A DNA stretch of 64,000 bases from a virus. The notes beneath the pieces are model-generated. The model ran no database searches and was not told the DNA's origin. It saw only the letters and a program-made list of their open reading frames with translations. The number at the start of each line of letters is the position of its first letter. The stretch's first letter is position 1. Position numbers and translations under genes: made by a program. Positions 44,139 through 53,936 of the stretch are shown piece after piece. The DNA is taken from IMG/VR virus record IMGVR_UViG_3300025093_000002, positions 28,089-92,088 of that record; one strand, 5' to 3'.

Positions 44139-45504
44139 GGGGGTGATAGCCGCCGGCGTTCTGGTGGACGACCGCCTTGCCCGAATTGGACTTCTTCGTC
44201 ATCTGCGGGAAGAGCTGGGTCAAAGCCCATACCAGAGCATCGACATGGTCCGGGGATGCATCCCCAGCCATCCCATTCGGGCCGAACATCACCATTTCAT
44301 CTTCAAGCGCCGGGAAGGAACCGACATGGCTCACCCGGCCCTGCTCATAGAGCGCGGCAATCGGCTCGGCGCGAACCCATTTGCCTCGGCTTGCCGTAAC
44401 CTCGCGGAACGGCACCGAAGGCCGCACCGAACGGATCGTCGCCTCGATCATATCGCCGCCATTGTTCGTCTCACCGACAATGCAATCCGCGTCATACCTG
44501 TCGAAGCACGCTATGGCCCGGCGCGCCCAGCCGTTCGGGCTTTCCCGGCATGTCGCATCATCGAGGACATAACCCCGGCCATCTTCGCCGACCCCGGCAA
44601 CGACGATACCTGTTGCAGCACCATCCTCGGCCATTTCGTTCTTCTTGGCGGCGGGGTCGATGGCGACAACAACGCGGCGCAGCGTCGGGATTTCCCCTGC
44701 CTTGCGCCGGTGCTGGTCGATGCCGGCACGCGTCCACAGAGCGTCCGGCACATCGTCCAAGATTTCGGCGGACAATTCCTGCCGGCCAAGTCGCGTCCCT
44801 TCATATTTCGCAACGATCTGCGTCAGAAAGGACGGCGCCAGATTGGCCGCGTTTTCAAACGTCGATCCTTTCGTCGGCACCGTAGTCGGCGAGGCCAGTA
44901 TCTCTTTCAGGACAGGGATCGGACGCGGCGTTGTCGTGACGACCTGCCTGGGGTCCTCGCCAAGACGAAGCCCGAATTGAAGCTGATCCCATGTCTCTCG
45001 CGCATAGCGCCATTTCGCCAATTCGTCGCACAAGGCCGCGTCATGTTGCGGCCCGCGCAACTGGTCCGGCTCGACCGCGTTGTAGAGCGTGCCGACCGCG
45101 CCGTTCGGCCAAGCCAGCCGACGCTTCGATGGCTCGTACTGCGGCCGGAACTCAGGCGGGTGAACAGCAAGAATGCCGCTCTCCCCCTCAACCAGAACAT
45201 CACGCGCGTCTGCCGCCGTTTCGGCGACAATGGCGATGCGACGATGGCTCCCTGCCGCCAATGGTGTCGGGCCGCAGGCGATCGAACGGACCCACTCCGC
45301 GCCGGCCCGGGTCTTGCCGAACCCACGGCCCGCGAGCACCAGCCATGTCAGCCATTGGCCTTCTGGCGGCAATTGATTTGGACGCGCCCAGAACCGCCAG
45401 TCCCACAGAAGCGACGCCGCCTGGGTCTCTGAGAGAGACGCTAGAGCCTCATCCCTTTCGTGCTCGGGCAGCAAGGCCAGCGATGCGGCCAGCGATAAGT
45501 TCAC
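44116..45504 (-). CDS. terL: Terminase large subunit
   Basis: Walker A AGRGFGKT; LRGPQ; CDE; AIDP; SPDHVDAL. Confidence 0.93.
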   Translation of the reverse strand: MNLSLAASLALLPEHERDEALASLSETQAASLLWDWRFWARPNQLPPEGQWLTWLVLAGRGFGKTRAGAEWVRSIACGPTPLAAGSHRRIAIVAETAADARDVLVEGESGILAVHPPEFRPQYEPSKRRLAWPNGAVGTLYNAVEPDQLRGPQHDAALCDELAKWRYARETWDQLQFGLRLGEDPRQVVTTTPRPIPVLKEILASPTTVPTKGSTFENAANLAPSFLTQIVAKYEGTRLGRQELSAEILDDVPDALWTRAGIDQHRRKAGEIPTLRRVVVAIDPAAKKNEMAEDGAATGIVVAGVGEDGRGYVLDDATCRESPNGWARRAIACFDRYDADCIVGETNNGGDMIEATIRSVRPSVPFREVTASRGKWVRAEPIAALYEQGRVSHVGSFPALEDEMVMFGPNGMAGDASPDHVDALVWALTQLFPQMTKKSNSGKAVVHQNAGGYHPHAGAFRG

Positions 45505-45973
45505 GTGCGCTCACCTCTACCTTAACCGGATCGCCGTCCTTGCCGGTCAGTTCCGATCTGTCGGCAAGGCCCAGATCGCGGGCAATAATGTTGGCGTTCA
45601 GCAGGTCGGCGGCCGCGCCGGAGAACTTCTGGTCGCGGATGACTTCCTCCGCCCGCGTGACGACTGGGGTAAAATCGGGACGCTTGCCGTACTCAACCCA
45701 CGTCTTGCGGTCGATATCGAGGAAGATGCACAGCCCCGAAATGGTCATGGCGCGCATCTTGGCGATAGTCGCCCTTACGATACCGTCCTTGCCGTTGAAG
45801 ACCTTTTCCTCGCGAAGCGGGTTGGCCTCGGCCCAATCGAAATACTCGACACAGGCGGTCCACAGATCGTCAGGCGCTGCGAAGATGGGATTGCGGCCAT
45901 GCGACGAGCGCGCTTCCCAGAACCTGTTACCGGGGAGAAACTGCCCCGTGCCTTCGTCGCGTCCCTCACCCAT
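45449..45973 (-). CDS. terS: Terminase small subunit (P22 gp3-like)
   Basis: [14 protein letters not shown]...[11 protein letters not shown]...[11 protein letters not shown]. Confidence 0.88.
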   Translation of the reverse strand: MGEGRDEGTGQFLPGNRFWEARSSHGRNPIFAAPDDLWTACVEYFDWAEANPLREEKVFNGKDGIVRATIAKMRAMTISGLCIFLDIDRKTWVEYGKRPDFTPVVTRAEEVIRDQKFSGAAADLLNANIIARDLGLADRSELTGKDGDPVKVEVSARELIAGRIAGLAARARKG

Positions 45974-46193
45974 GACGATCCCCAAACACGATCTTCTCTT
46001 TGGCTCGTTCCATCAAGACGAGTGTCTCGCCACCGTTGGCATTACCAGCGATGTAGATCCCGCCGTCCACATATTCTGCGATGATTGCGAGCGTGACGAA
46101 CTCAGCACCCTTTGCATCTTCGAGGATTTCGTCTGCGTCGAACCGATAGCCGTCACCTACGATTTCGGGCTTGAGTTTGTGGACTTCTGCCAT
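45966..46193 (-). CDS. Hypothetical protein
   Basis: GGAG RBS. Confidence 0.55.
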   Translation of the reverse strand: MAEVHKLKPEIVGDGYRFDADEILEDAKGAEFVTLAIIAEYVDGGIYIAGNANGGETLVLMERAKEKIVFGDRHG

Positions 46194-46256
46194 CTCTCTC
46201 CCCGCGTGTCTGATGCGCGCTGGATTGCGAGCGCGTCGGTATCTGCACGGATAATT

Positions 46257-46308
46257 CGTCAGATAATCTGACATTAGCGCTTGCATAATGTCCGATGGTC
46301 TGACATAT
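46257..46308 (+). promoter_or_regulatory. Promoter with twin palindromic operators (moron)
   Basis: GTCAGA-N3-TCTGAC and TGTCCGA-N3-TCTGACA; TTGCAT-17-CATATT. Confidence 0.6.
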
Positions 46309-46335
46309 TGGTCTCAACAACAAAGGAGACCGGAC

Positions 46336-46536
46336 ATGAACGCCACCGACCTGAACACTATTCGCAACGCTTTCGGAAACCTGACCACCATGGACCCTGA
46401 CGGCCCCGTCTATAAGAAGCTGTGCGAATTGCTCGACCGTTGCGATGATGAGGCTATCGTCGCCGCAAAAGACGCTGGCATCAAGTTCGTCTCGTCCTTG
46501 GCACTTAACCGATGCATCCGCAGGGGCCTCGTCTGA
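46336..46536 (+). CDS. Hypothetical moron protein
   Basis: AAGGAG RBS. Confidence 0.65.
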   Translation: MNATDLNTIRNAFGNLTTMDPDGPVYKKLCELLDRCDDEAIVAAKDAGIKFVSSLALNRCIRRGLV

Positions 46537-46558
46537 GGCTCCCACAAGGAGAAGCTGA

Positions 46559-46774
46559 ATGACCCCCGAACAATTCGCTCGCTGCCTCGCTGACCTTAAG
46601 TCGGCGGGGCGCATCCGCGACGGACACGGTGCGCACACAGACCTTGCCAACGCTCTCGGCGTGTCCCGGGACACTATTTACCGCTTCGAGCTGGACGGCA
46701 CCAAATCAATCGCCACTGACCTTGCCCTCGCCGGCCTCTTGGCTGGCCTTCCTCCTTATGGAGTTGCCAAATGA
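46559..46774 (+). CDS. XRE-like HTH regulator
   Basis: LANALGVSRDTIYRFE. Confidence 0.75.
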   Translation: MTPEQFARCLADLKSAGRIRDGHGAHTDLANALGVSRDTIYRFELDGTKSIATDLALAGLLAGLPPYGVAK

Positions 46775-47034
46775 ACGACAGTGATCAGGAGAAGTTTGCG
46801 CGACTAGTGGCGTTGTCCGCCATCCAGACCGCGCAGATAAAGGCAAACCCGCTTCCATTCTTAAATGAGGTGGCAGCGGAAAATCACCGCCTTCGCAAAT
46901 GCATCCAAGATGCGGCCATGGTCCTTAGTGGGGCTGACAATTTTGCGGCCTTATGTAGCAAAAGCACCAACCGCTTTTCGCTGCATTTGAGCCGGTCCTA
47001 AAGAAAGGACCGATTTATGTCGCGCTATCTGAAA

Positions 47035-48039
47035 CTAGCTTTCCTCGCGGTCGTAGTTGTATTCCTCACCGCCCCATCGGCTGTAGTTGCCGCCCCATGC
47101 CGCGCTTGGTCTGAAGGCAAAGCCGAGCTTTCGCCTCTTGCCGAGAGGGTCAAGGTAAATGATCTCGCCAATGATTGGCGGGACGTTATGCCGGAGCGCC
47201 TTTCTCTCCTGCATTTCCATTCCGTTGAGCATGATAACCCCGAGGCGGGCGTAGTTGTGGCCGTTCAAACTAGGGGCCCCGGGGATGTCGGGGAGCCGTC
47301 TCTGATCGTGTGTCGGGGGGTTGGGATAGAAGGTATCTCCCCTTGTAAGGACCTCAAAAACTTCGGCGCCACCCCAGCCTCTGATTCCATGCAAACCGAC
47401 TTCGCACCTTCGTATAGTCGCGGGCATGTCGCTAAAATTGGTGACTTCAATGGTGGCGAGAACCATCACCATCTTTACGGCGGGGTCGCTCAACCCTTGA
47501 ACGTCGCGTTGCTCCAAGTAGGGGCCGCTGATCTTTACCAGCAGCCAGGGCTTGAACCCGGCTTCAAATTGTCTCGCGGCGATCTTGTTGGCGGCATGAG
47601 CGGCTTGAGCGCCGACCATAGCAGCGGCAGTGCCCTTAGCCGCTTCGCGGACCGCACTTTGGGTCGCGACCAGCGTTTCGCGAATGTAAAGAATGCCGAT
47701 TACCGTCGCCACCAAGGCAGCGAGGGCTATTACAGCCATCAGCAGGGCATAGACCGCCATATCTTCTTGGGCGGCAAGATCGCGTTCGGCACGCTTCTGC
47801 TCGTTTGTGGCCTGTATTATCTCATAAACACATTCCGCCTCAGCGGGCGGGTCCATCCCGATACAGGTGCTTTGTATGTCGGATTGTGCGCGCTCGGAAT
47901 AGCTGGCGGACCTATAATCATCGTACTTAGCTTGCTGGGATTTTGAAGCGGCAACGAAGGCGAATACCGTAAATAACGAAAGCCCTACCGCTACGATTAT
48001 CCAAGGTGCAAAGTCTGAGAATCGATAGCTTTTAGACAT
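47035..48039 (-). CDS. Membrane-anchored passenger protein of unknown function
   Basis: Two TM segments, a coiled coil and a C-terminal beta domain. Confidence 0.6.
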   Translation of the reverse strand: MSKSYRFSDFAPWIIVAVGLSLFTVFAFVAASKSQQAKYDDYRSASYSERAQSDIQSTCIGMDPPAEAECVYEIIQATNEQKRAERDLAAQEDMAVYALLMAVIALAALVATVIGILYIRETLVATQSAVREAAKGTAAAMVGAQAAHAANKIAARQFEAGFKPWLLVKISGPYLEQRDVQGLSDPAVKMVMVLATIEVTNFSDMPATIRRCEVGLHGIRGWGGAEVFEVLTRGDTFYPNPPTHDQRRLPDIPGAPSLNGHNYARLGVIMLNGMEMQERKALRHNVPPIIGEIIYLDPLGKRRKLGFAFRPSAAWGGNYSRWGGEEYNYDREES

Positions 48040-48344
48040 TGAAGGAAGAACGCCGCCGTGAATTTGCCCCGAGAGAGCTTATTACGGATATTCACTTCCT
48101 TCTCGTCAACGCCTATTGCCGTTAGCCGCTCGACAAGCTGCGCGTAGGTGACGCCCTTCCGCTTCAACTGAAAGCGGTCGGCCGGTTGGCACCCGTACTG
48201 AGTACCCCTACCATGCTGTTGAGAAGTCGTTTTTGCTACTACCGATATCCCCTCATGGGAGCCAAGAACGATGAAAAGTTTCTCCCCCGTCTCCCCATCA
48301 TGAAAGACAAAATCCTCATCGAAAAATACCGACCCCGGGTTCAT
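47997..48344 (-). pseudogene. Fusion of a toxin-like N-terminus and a DUF6471-like C-terminus (deletion junction)
   Basis: KLFIVLG...TTSQ joined to LKRKGVTYAQLVERL...NKLSRGKFTAAF. Confidence 0.55.
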
Positions 48345-48894
48345 TCGGAATGCTCTCTAGCAATTCGCGACGCTCATTAGCGACTCGCATTATAGTTTCT
48401 CGCTCGTCTGTTCTAGCCGCAAGATCGTATGGAATTTCTTCCTGCTTCCTGCCCTCTTTGTTGTAAACCTGATCCCAAGGCAAATTCTCCAGGTGCGTCG
48501 CCTCAACCATCTCGTCAGCCGTTGCGTTTCGGTATTCTTTTGCCAACGAAGCTAAGAGGGCCAGTTCACGTTTAGAGAAAAATTTTGCAGAAAACTCCCG
48601 CCTGGGACGGACAACATACATCGTTCCGTTCTTGATCTCGGTTTCGTTGATCTCAACCGCTGATGCCAAGTCAGCTGCCGGTGCAGGCACTTCGTTGTGC
48701 AGAGCGACGGGCACAGGTCCCATCGGCCAAGCATAATACCTTAGGCCGGTTACGCTGCGTCCTGTGGCTTTAAAATGTTCAAAATCGAGAAAATACAGAA
48801 GCTTGAATAGCTTCGTTTTACCCAATTTCCGAGTGTTGTGCGCGAAATAAGAAATCGCCTCGACCAACTTTTCTCGGTCATGGTTTATCAACAT
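48316..48894 (-). CDS. Panacea (DUF4065/SocA-like) antitoxin
   Basis: KTKLFKLLYFLD...AWPMGPVP...TH...PW. Confidence 0.85.
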   Translation of the reverse strand: MLINHDREKLVEAISYFAHNTRKLGKTKLFKLLYFLDFEHFKATGRSVTGLRYYAWPMGPVPVALHNEVPAPAADLASAVEINETEIKNGTMYVVRPRREFSAKFFSKRELALLASLAKEYRNATADEMVEATHLENLPWDQVYNKEGRKQEEIPYDLAARTDERETIMRVANERRELLESIPNEPGVGIFR

Positions 48895-48990
48895 TCCGGT
48901 TGTCCTTCCCCCAAGCACCCGGCTCGAATCAGCCTAGCACGCTGCCACGAGTACTGGAAACATTGCCTTAAGAGCGGAAAATAGGGCGGC

Positions 48991-49437
48991 TTATCGACAG
49001 CACCACGATATACAACCTTTTTCATCAATTGTGCTTCGGACTGTTCCGTGATCCCGCATCGCGCGCAACGCCTTGCTCACACGCTTCGTGAGTTCGGACA
49101 GGTACTTCCTGTCCCGCGCGTCGTTACCTTGCATGGTAACAATCTCTCTCGCGATATCGCGGCTTGATACAGGCGCTGTAGCGGTGCGCAATTCGGCATA
49201 GATGGCTTTCGATAGCTCGCCACGTCCGAATAGCACTTCGCGCTTCTGGCGTGGCATGGCCGCGTCCAGATCGCCGCTGTAGCCCAGCACGTTCAACGTG
49301 CGGTCCATCGCGCCTATGTCGTTCTTTATCTCGGCAAGCCTGTCACGAATGCGCTCGGCTTCGTTGAACAGGTCGGCGCGCTTCTTAAGCAAGCCGGAAA
49401 TGGTGTGATCGAAAGTCTCTGTGCGGGCTGGTCTCAT
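48991..49437 (-). CDS. Coiled-coil/wHTH passenger protein typical of IS1595-type elements
   Basis: ISGLLKKRADL...LFGRGEL; adjacent to the TIR. Confidence 0.65.
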   Translation of the reverse strand: MRPARTETFDHTISGLLKKRADLFNEAERIRDRLAEIKNDIGAMDRTLNVLGYSGDLDAAMPRQKREVLFGRGELSKAIYAELRTATAPVSSRDIAREIVTMQGNDARDRKYLSELTKRVSKALRAMRDHGTVRSTIDEKGCISWCCR

Positions 49438-49721
49438 CGATATGGCTCATTCACAATGATAATGCGCCATATCATAATGAAATCAGCGCCTTAGCGCCTA
49501 CAAGAAGTTGGTGCTTTTGCTACATAAGGCCGCAATTTTGATATCGCCCGAGACATTGCCCCAAGGCTTCAGCCCTCAATTGTGGAAACTGCAACGGCTA
49601 GGAACGGGAAGGCTTACGACATTCTGAAGGCCGCGAAGGTCTAGCCAGCTAATGGCTGCTTGTGTTGGGGGTTAGCGGTTTGGTGGTGAGATTGAGCCCG
49701 AGACGCTGACAGATGCGGCGA

Positions 49722-50115
49722 AGCGACGAATATGCCGTCTTGCGCTTGCGTGGCGGGGCTTTCGAGGGACCGCGAAGACCGGGGCCTGTCCTTGCTGGCT
49801 TTCCATCCTTCGCCACGGCTCTCGCCTCTCTGTTGCCCTTGTGGGGTGGAACGGGTCGGACAGGACGGCCTTCGCTCCATCAAGGATACCACGTCAATTC
49901 GTGGTTCGTCGCTGTTCTGCTTTGCCCTGATAGGGGCTGTGAAAGGTGCAAGCTACTGGCTAGGACCGACATGCGGGTCAGTTTTCGCTCGCCACGAGGA
50001 ACGGCCAGGAACGAACCCCAACCTTCACGACATTGCTGCCGCCTCGCATGTAGTTCCCACCAGTGTCCCGCTAGAAGCTAAGATGCTCGGCTGTGTGTCG
50101 GGTGGTGGGGTTCGT
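49722..50115 (-). ncRNA. Candidate structured RNA(s) in the late leader
   Basis: Long-range stems 49722-49730/49905-49913 and 50011-50020/50106-50115; no convincing ORF. Confidence 0.4.
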
Positions 50116-50123
50116 GAAATTCG

Positions 50124-50264
50124 TTACCGGATCGTCCACACCCAAGGACCGCATTTGAACGTCTTGCCCTTGATAGCGTAGTAACGGCGAAGCTTCTGTT
50201 CGGCTGCGAAAGCCTGCTCTTGAGCGTGTCGGCTGAAGAAGCCAAACATTCTTCGAAACCTCAT
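50124..50264 (-). CDS. Small ORF (46 aa) after the late promoter
   Basis: MRFRRMFGFFSRHAQEQ...WVWTIR. Confidence 0.35.
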   Translation of the reverse strand: MRFRRMFGFFSRHAQEQAFAAEQKLRRYYAIKGKTFKCGPWVWTIR

Positions 50265-50284
50265 AGGCGCAATGCGCCACATAC

Positions 50285-50317
50285 AAATCAACTATGGGTG
50301 TTCGCGCTGAAAGTCAA
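50285..50317 (-). promoter_or_regulatory. pR'-like late promoter
   Basis: TTGACT -35 at 50312-50317 directly after the Q-like gene. Confidence 0.5.
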
Positions 50318-50324
50318 CGGCCGA

Positions 50325-50822
50325 TTACCCTCTATTCCCAAGGTAATGGAAATGATGCGCACAGGCCACGAGGTCCGCATTCAGCACGGGTGCCATGTCC
50401 CGTTCCGCTATTCCAAACCTGTCGGCAATCTCGCGTGACGTGCGGCCTTCGACGCAGTAGGCCACGAGACGAACCGTCACCATCTTGCCGAGGTCGCGCA
50501 TGGCGCTGCGGAGGTCGTCCAGCGCCACGACACGGCCATCAGGCATACCCTTCCATCCGCCATTACTGACGAACTCCATGCCCGGGGAATTGGCCGCTGA
50601 CGTACCCGCCTTCTCCCACAGGCCGGCGAAGTGGACACCTGCGTGATAGAGCGCCGTATTCGCCTTGTCGCGGTTGTAGCGCCACTCAAAGCTACCCGGC
50701 AGGCCTCGAACCTGTCGCTGCTCTTGACGCGTCGTGGATATCCGAACGCGGGTTTCCCACGTCTCTGCCCCGCTGTAGCCGGGGTGACGTTCCTGCGCTC
50801 GCTTCTTTGCCGCTTTGCCCAT
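50325..50822 (-). CDS. Putative late-gene activator/antiterminator
   Basis: C-terminal HTH (CVEGRTSREIA); last early gene before the late region. Confidence 0.6.
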   Translation of the reverse strand: MGKAAKKRAQERHPGYSGAETWETRVRISTTRQEQRQVRGLPGSFEWRYNRDKANTALYHAGVHFAGLWEKAGTSAANSPGMEFVSNGGWKGMPDGRVVALDDLRSAMRDLGKMVTVRLVAYCVEGRTSREIADRFGIAERDMAPVLNADLVACAHHFHYLGNRG

Positions 50823-50864
50823 CTTGGTTCGCCGCCCTCTTCTTTGCCGCCGCTCTTTGCCTGA

Positions 50865-51350
50865 TTACCGTGCAGGCCGTAGATATCGCCCGTCTGCCGC
50901 CCGTCGCTTCGCATGAGCCCTAACGCCGTGCATCACCGTCGTGTGGTCCTTGCCGCCAAGCCGATGACCGACCTGGGGCAGCGAGAACCGCGTCTGGCGG
51001 ATGGCCCAATACATGATTGCGTGACGGGCCTTCACGACCTGCTTGTTGCGCCGCTCGGATATGATTTCGGCCGGATGGACGCCGAAAACTTTGCAGATCC
51101 GGGCCATGATGATGGCGATACGCTGGTTCTGCGCGCCATAGCTGAAGCGCTGGAGAACCGCGCTGGCTTGCTGCGCTTCCATAGCTGCCATCTTGCGACG
51201 GGCCGCGATGCGCTCCATCTCCGCGACTTCCGAGCGCATCATGACGACGGCCGGCAGCTCGCGCTTGGCGACTGGCTCCAATTCGCGCTGCGGGTTCGAT
51301 ACCTTGAACCGCGCATTCGCCATGGTCTTGGATGAACTGACTGCGAACAT
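50865..51350 (-). CDS. DnaA C-terminal-like HTH protein (copy B)
   Basis: Near-identical to 100-585. Confidence 0.8.
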   Translation of the reverse strand: MFAVSSSKTMANARFKVSNPQRELEPVAKRELPAVVMMRSEVAEMERIAARRKMAAMEAQQASAVLQRFSYGAQNQRIAIIMARICKVFGVHPAEIISERRNKQVVKARHAIMYWAIRQTRFSLPQVGHRLGGKDHTTVMHGVRAHAKRRAADGRYLRPAR

Positions 51351-51352
51351 AC

Positions 51353-51769
51353 TCAATGCCTCTGTGCTGCGAGCGAGATGCCGTACTCTTCCGCCACGCT
51401 CTGGATGGTTCTTTTGCCCGCGAGGGCGTCGGCTAGTGCCTGCACCTTTTCGGGCGGGCACGGTGGGCTGTCGTCGGTTTCTGTCTTGTGCTCGATGCGC
51501 GGCCGGCGCGAATATTCGAGCGCCTTCTGCATGTCCCGGCACACGCTCACGAAGCGAGGAACAGCCGGCGCTTTGTCCAGGCTCTGCCCCTTAACGTCGC
51601 CAGCAGTAAACGCTTGGCAGGCGCGAACAATCGCTTCGTCCTCAAGTCCCTGTACGTCGCGCTCTATCGTGGCCATAAGCACGTCGTGGTCAGTGCCTGG
51701 AAATTGCGGGAAGGCGTTGAAACAGGCCGCTATCTCTGCTCTGGTCCTGTCTTGCATGGGATACCTCAA
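51353..51769 (-). CDS. Putative helicase loader/inhibitor-like protein
   Basis: AIVRACQAF..GDV.G...AP; same slot as 591-959. Confidence 0.5.
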   Translation of the reverse strand: MRYPMQDRTRAEIAACFNAFPQFPGTDHDVLMATIERDVQGLEDEAIVRACQAFTAGDVKGQSLDKAPAVPRFVSVCRDMQKALEYSRRPRIEHKTETDDSPPCPPEKVQALADALAGKRTIQSVAEEYGISLAAQRH

Positions 51770-52052
51770 TCATGCGCTGTGCGGCTCCGGTGATGCCGGG
51801 GCGGTGTGTTCCATTGGTGCGGGCAATCCATTCGGGCTTTACGGCCGTCCAGCCGCGAAGCATCATCTCGTCAGCCGCAGCTACAGGGTTCGGGCAGGCA
51901 GCGAGGTTCTTCGCCAGCATCCCGGCAGCACGAGGCGTCAGGACGAACCGCTTGCCCATGCGCTTGCGGTAGTCGATGATTTCGAGGGCGGTTTCCTCGT
52001 CTACGGCTGTCATAAGGGCGTCGAGGATGGCGTGTTTCTCAGCGAGGCCCAT
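51690..52052 (-). CDS. Stand-alone replication-initiator C-terminal domain (B type)
   Basis: IIDYRK...LTPRAA...CPNP.AAADEM..RGW...KPEW; starts MGLAE like the A counterpart. Confidence 0.6.
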   Translation of the reverse strand: MGLAEKHAILDALMTAVDEETALEIIDYRKRMGKRFVLTPRAAGMLAKNLAACPNPVAAADEMMLRGWTAVKPEWIARTNGTHRPGITGAAQRMIEVSHARQDQSRDSGLFQRLPAISRH

Positions 52053-52336
52053 TACTCGCCTCCCTCAGAGAGAGCGGCGTCGATCATGGCGCAAAACACA
52101 GCCCCCAGAACTGCCCCGTGCCGGTTCTCGGGCGCATGGAGTGCCACCCTCCCCGCTTCCAGCATCTCGTCCGTTACTTGGTCTTCATCGCGCATCGCCT
52201 TGATAGCTGCGCGGGCACTTGCCCGATACAAATGCCACACAGGCGTCGAGTCCTCATCGTTAGAGACGGCGTCTGGGTGCATCCCGTCTTCAAGGCTCAA
52301 TGCCTTTGCCACGCGCTCTATCATCGTCTCAGCCAT
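52052..52336 (-). CDS. Hypothetical phage protein
   Basis: MIERVAKAL...ARAAIKAMR pattern. Confidence 0.6.
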   Translation of the reverse strand: MAETMIERVAKALSLEDGMHPDAVSNDEDSTPVWHLYRASARAAIKAMRDEDQVTDEMLEAGRVALHAPENRHGAVLGAVFCAMIDAALSEGGE

Positions 52337-52670
52337 TGGTAGGCTCTCCCTTGTCTTGTGAGGTGCGGGCGACGTCATCGATATGGCCGGAGCCGCCGCA
52401 GTATGGGCACGCGAGGTCAGCATCATTGCCGTGCAGGTTCTCGCCTCGGTTCAGGAAGCCGTCGCGCTTGCCGCTGTCGATTTCCTCGATAAGCTGGCGA
52501 ACATTGATTTGCGGCTTGCGCGGGCGCATTGCGTTGAGGGCAGCACGCGCCAACCGCGTCTCAAGGCGCTCGTTGCCTTTAAGGTGATGGGCCAAAGCGC
52601 CGAAGTTCTTGCCTTCGTCCAGAATGGCTTTCCCCACACGCTCTAGTTCTTCGACGCTATATGCGCTCAT
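52329..52670 (-). CDS. Hypothetical protein (fusion of modules seen at 2315-2874)
   Basis: Shared motifs with two prophage A genes. Confidence 0.6.
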   Translation of the reverse strand: MSAYSVEELERVGKAILDEGKNFGALAHHLKGNERLETRLARAALNAMRPRKPQINVRQLIEEIDSGKRDGFLNRGENLHGNDADLACPYCGGSGHIDDVARTSQDKGEPTNG

Positions 52671-52809
52671 GCTTGCTCCTTCTTCGCCTTCGCGGCGTAA
52701 GCTAGGCTCGCCTGCTCTAGGACGGATAGGTTGGTGGTCTGCGTCTCGACTTCATGCGCCGGACGCTTGCTGCCATGGTCGCGAAGCCACTGCGCTGAGG
52801 CGGGGAACG

Positions 52810-53448
52810 TCATGCGGCCCTCGCTTCACGTGCCGATCGCGCCATGGAAATCAGAAGCTGGCGAAACTCCGGCGGCGTGCCGATGCGTGGCGAGCTGTCA
52901 GTGCCACCACCGCGCGCGCCGACTTCCCCGAGGCGTTTGGCACGCTGGAGCCCCATGCGTTCGACAACGGCCGGGTCCAGGTTGGCGCGACGAAAGCCCC
53001 ATCGCAGGGTGGGAAGTTCGCACCCGAAGGCATAGAGAAGCGTCGGCTTGCGAGCATAGTGACCGTACTGGCCCTGCTCGACACAACACGTCCATCCGCC
53101 AAGGAAGTCGGCCATTATCCAGCCGCCGGCACGATCCGGCGTCGTCAGCCCGAAGTGCGGCCACGCAAAGCTGCCCCATGGGTGTTCAATGACACCGCCC
53201 CATGTTCGAACGGCATTCAACGCCGCCTCGAAGCACCCGCCGTCATCGCCCTTCTTCTTGCGCTCTCCTGTGCGCTTGATATGCAGCGGTTGGCCAGCCC
53301 ACAGCTTGCCCCATCGAGGGCACGGCGGGTGAGCGACAACAGGGTGCGGGCCGGCATACTTTCGAGCGTCCCTTGCCTCGTCCCATGGGTCCACGCCAGA
53401 CAAGCCGTAGTATGCGCCGTCTGTCTCGACATAAAGGGCGGCAATCAT
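52810..53448 (-). CDS. Phage cytosine-methyltransferase-like protein
   Basis: VVAHPPC and IEHP motifs. Confidence 0.6.
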   Translation of the reverse strand: MIAALYVETDGAYYGLSGVDPWDEARDARKYAGPHPVVAHPPCPRWGKLWAGQPLHIKRTGERKKKGDDGGCFEAALNAVRTWGGVIEHPWGSFAWPHFGLTTPDRAGGWIMADFLGGWTCCVEQGQYGHYARKPTLLYAFGCELPTLRWGFRRANLDPAVVERMGLQRAKRLGEVGARGGGTDSSPRIGTPPEFRQLLISMARSAREARAA

Positions 53449-53807
53449 GCGGCCACCTGCTCAATGCTCTGGATAGCCACGACACAGGGCGGGCCATCGT
53501 CATGCCATTCGTATGTGAGCTTGCGGACGTAGCGATTGCTGTCGTCCTCGATGAGGCTGGCCTTGACCAAGATGTCACCAACCGCCTTGTCTAGATTTCC
53601 TGCGTCCCTCGCCCGCTTGTCCGGCGCGACGAGGCGCACATAGACAGTCACGCGCCCCAGGACGGGCTTCACGCGTTGCGCGGCAATCATCCACAGCGCT
53701 TCCTTCTGCCATGCCTTGTAGGCCGGCGTAGGGACGCGGCCCCTGCCCTTCACGTTGGTGAAGCAGGCCGATAGCGTTGGCGGGAAAGGAAGCTCGACGC
53801 GGGTCAT
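53445..53807 (-). CDS. rusA: RusA-family Holliday junction resolvase
   Basis: LPFPPT...RDAGNLDKAVGDIL...IEDDS. Confidence 0.85.
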   Translation of the reverse strand: MTRVELPFPPTLSACFTNVKGRGRVPTPAYKAWQKEALWMIAAQRVKPVLGRVTVYVRLVAPDKRARDAGNLDKAVGDILVKASLIEDDSNRYVRKLTYEWHDDGPPCVVAIQSIEQVAA

Positions 53808-53936
53808 CGCAGCACCCACACGCCCAGCGCTGACAGTGCAGCGAGACCAATCCAGATAGCGAATGCCGCGCCTGCCTCGCTGCGCTCCGCCTTGAATATG
53901 AGCGCGCCACCTAGAGCCTGGAACCGCCCGCCCAGC

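Larger units (their letters stand above)
46946..49532. mobile_element. Non-autonomous IS1595-type cargo element
   Basis: Perfect 26-bp TIRs CGGCCTTATGTAGCAAAAGCACCAAC; 8-bp TSD CAATTTTG at 46938-46945 and 49533-49540; no transposase. Confidence 0.88.
46771..49644 (+). pseudogene. 92-aa gene interrupted by the IS1595-type element
   Basis: Removing the element plus one TSD restores ...GADNFDIARDIAPRLQ...AAKV*. Confidence 0.75.

Noticed and set aside
47017-47946. 309-aa plus-strand ORF
   Set aside because: Antisense shadow of 47035-48039, which has a more coherent TM/coiled-coil architecture and is co-oriented with the other passengers; not fully excluded
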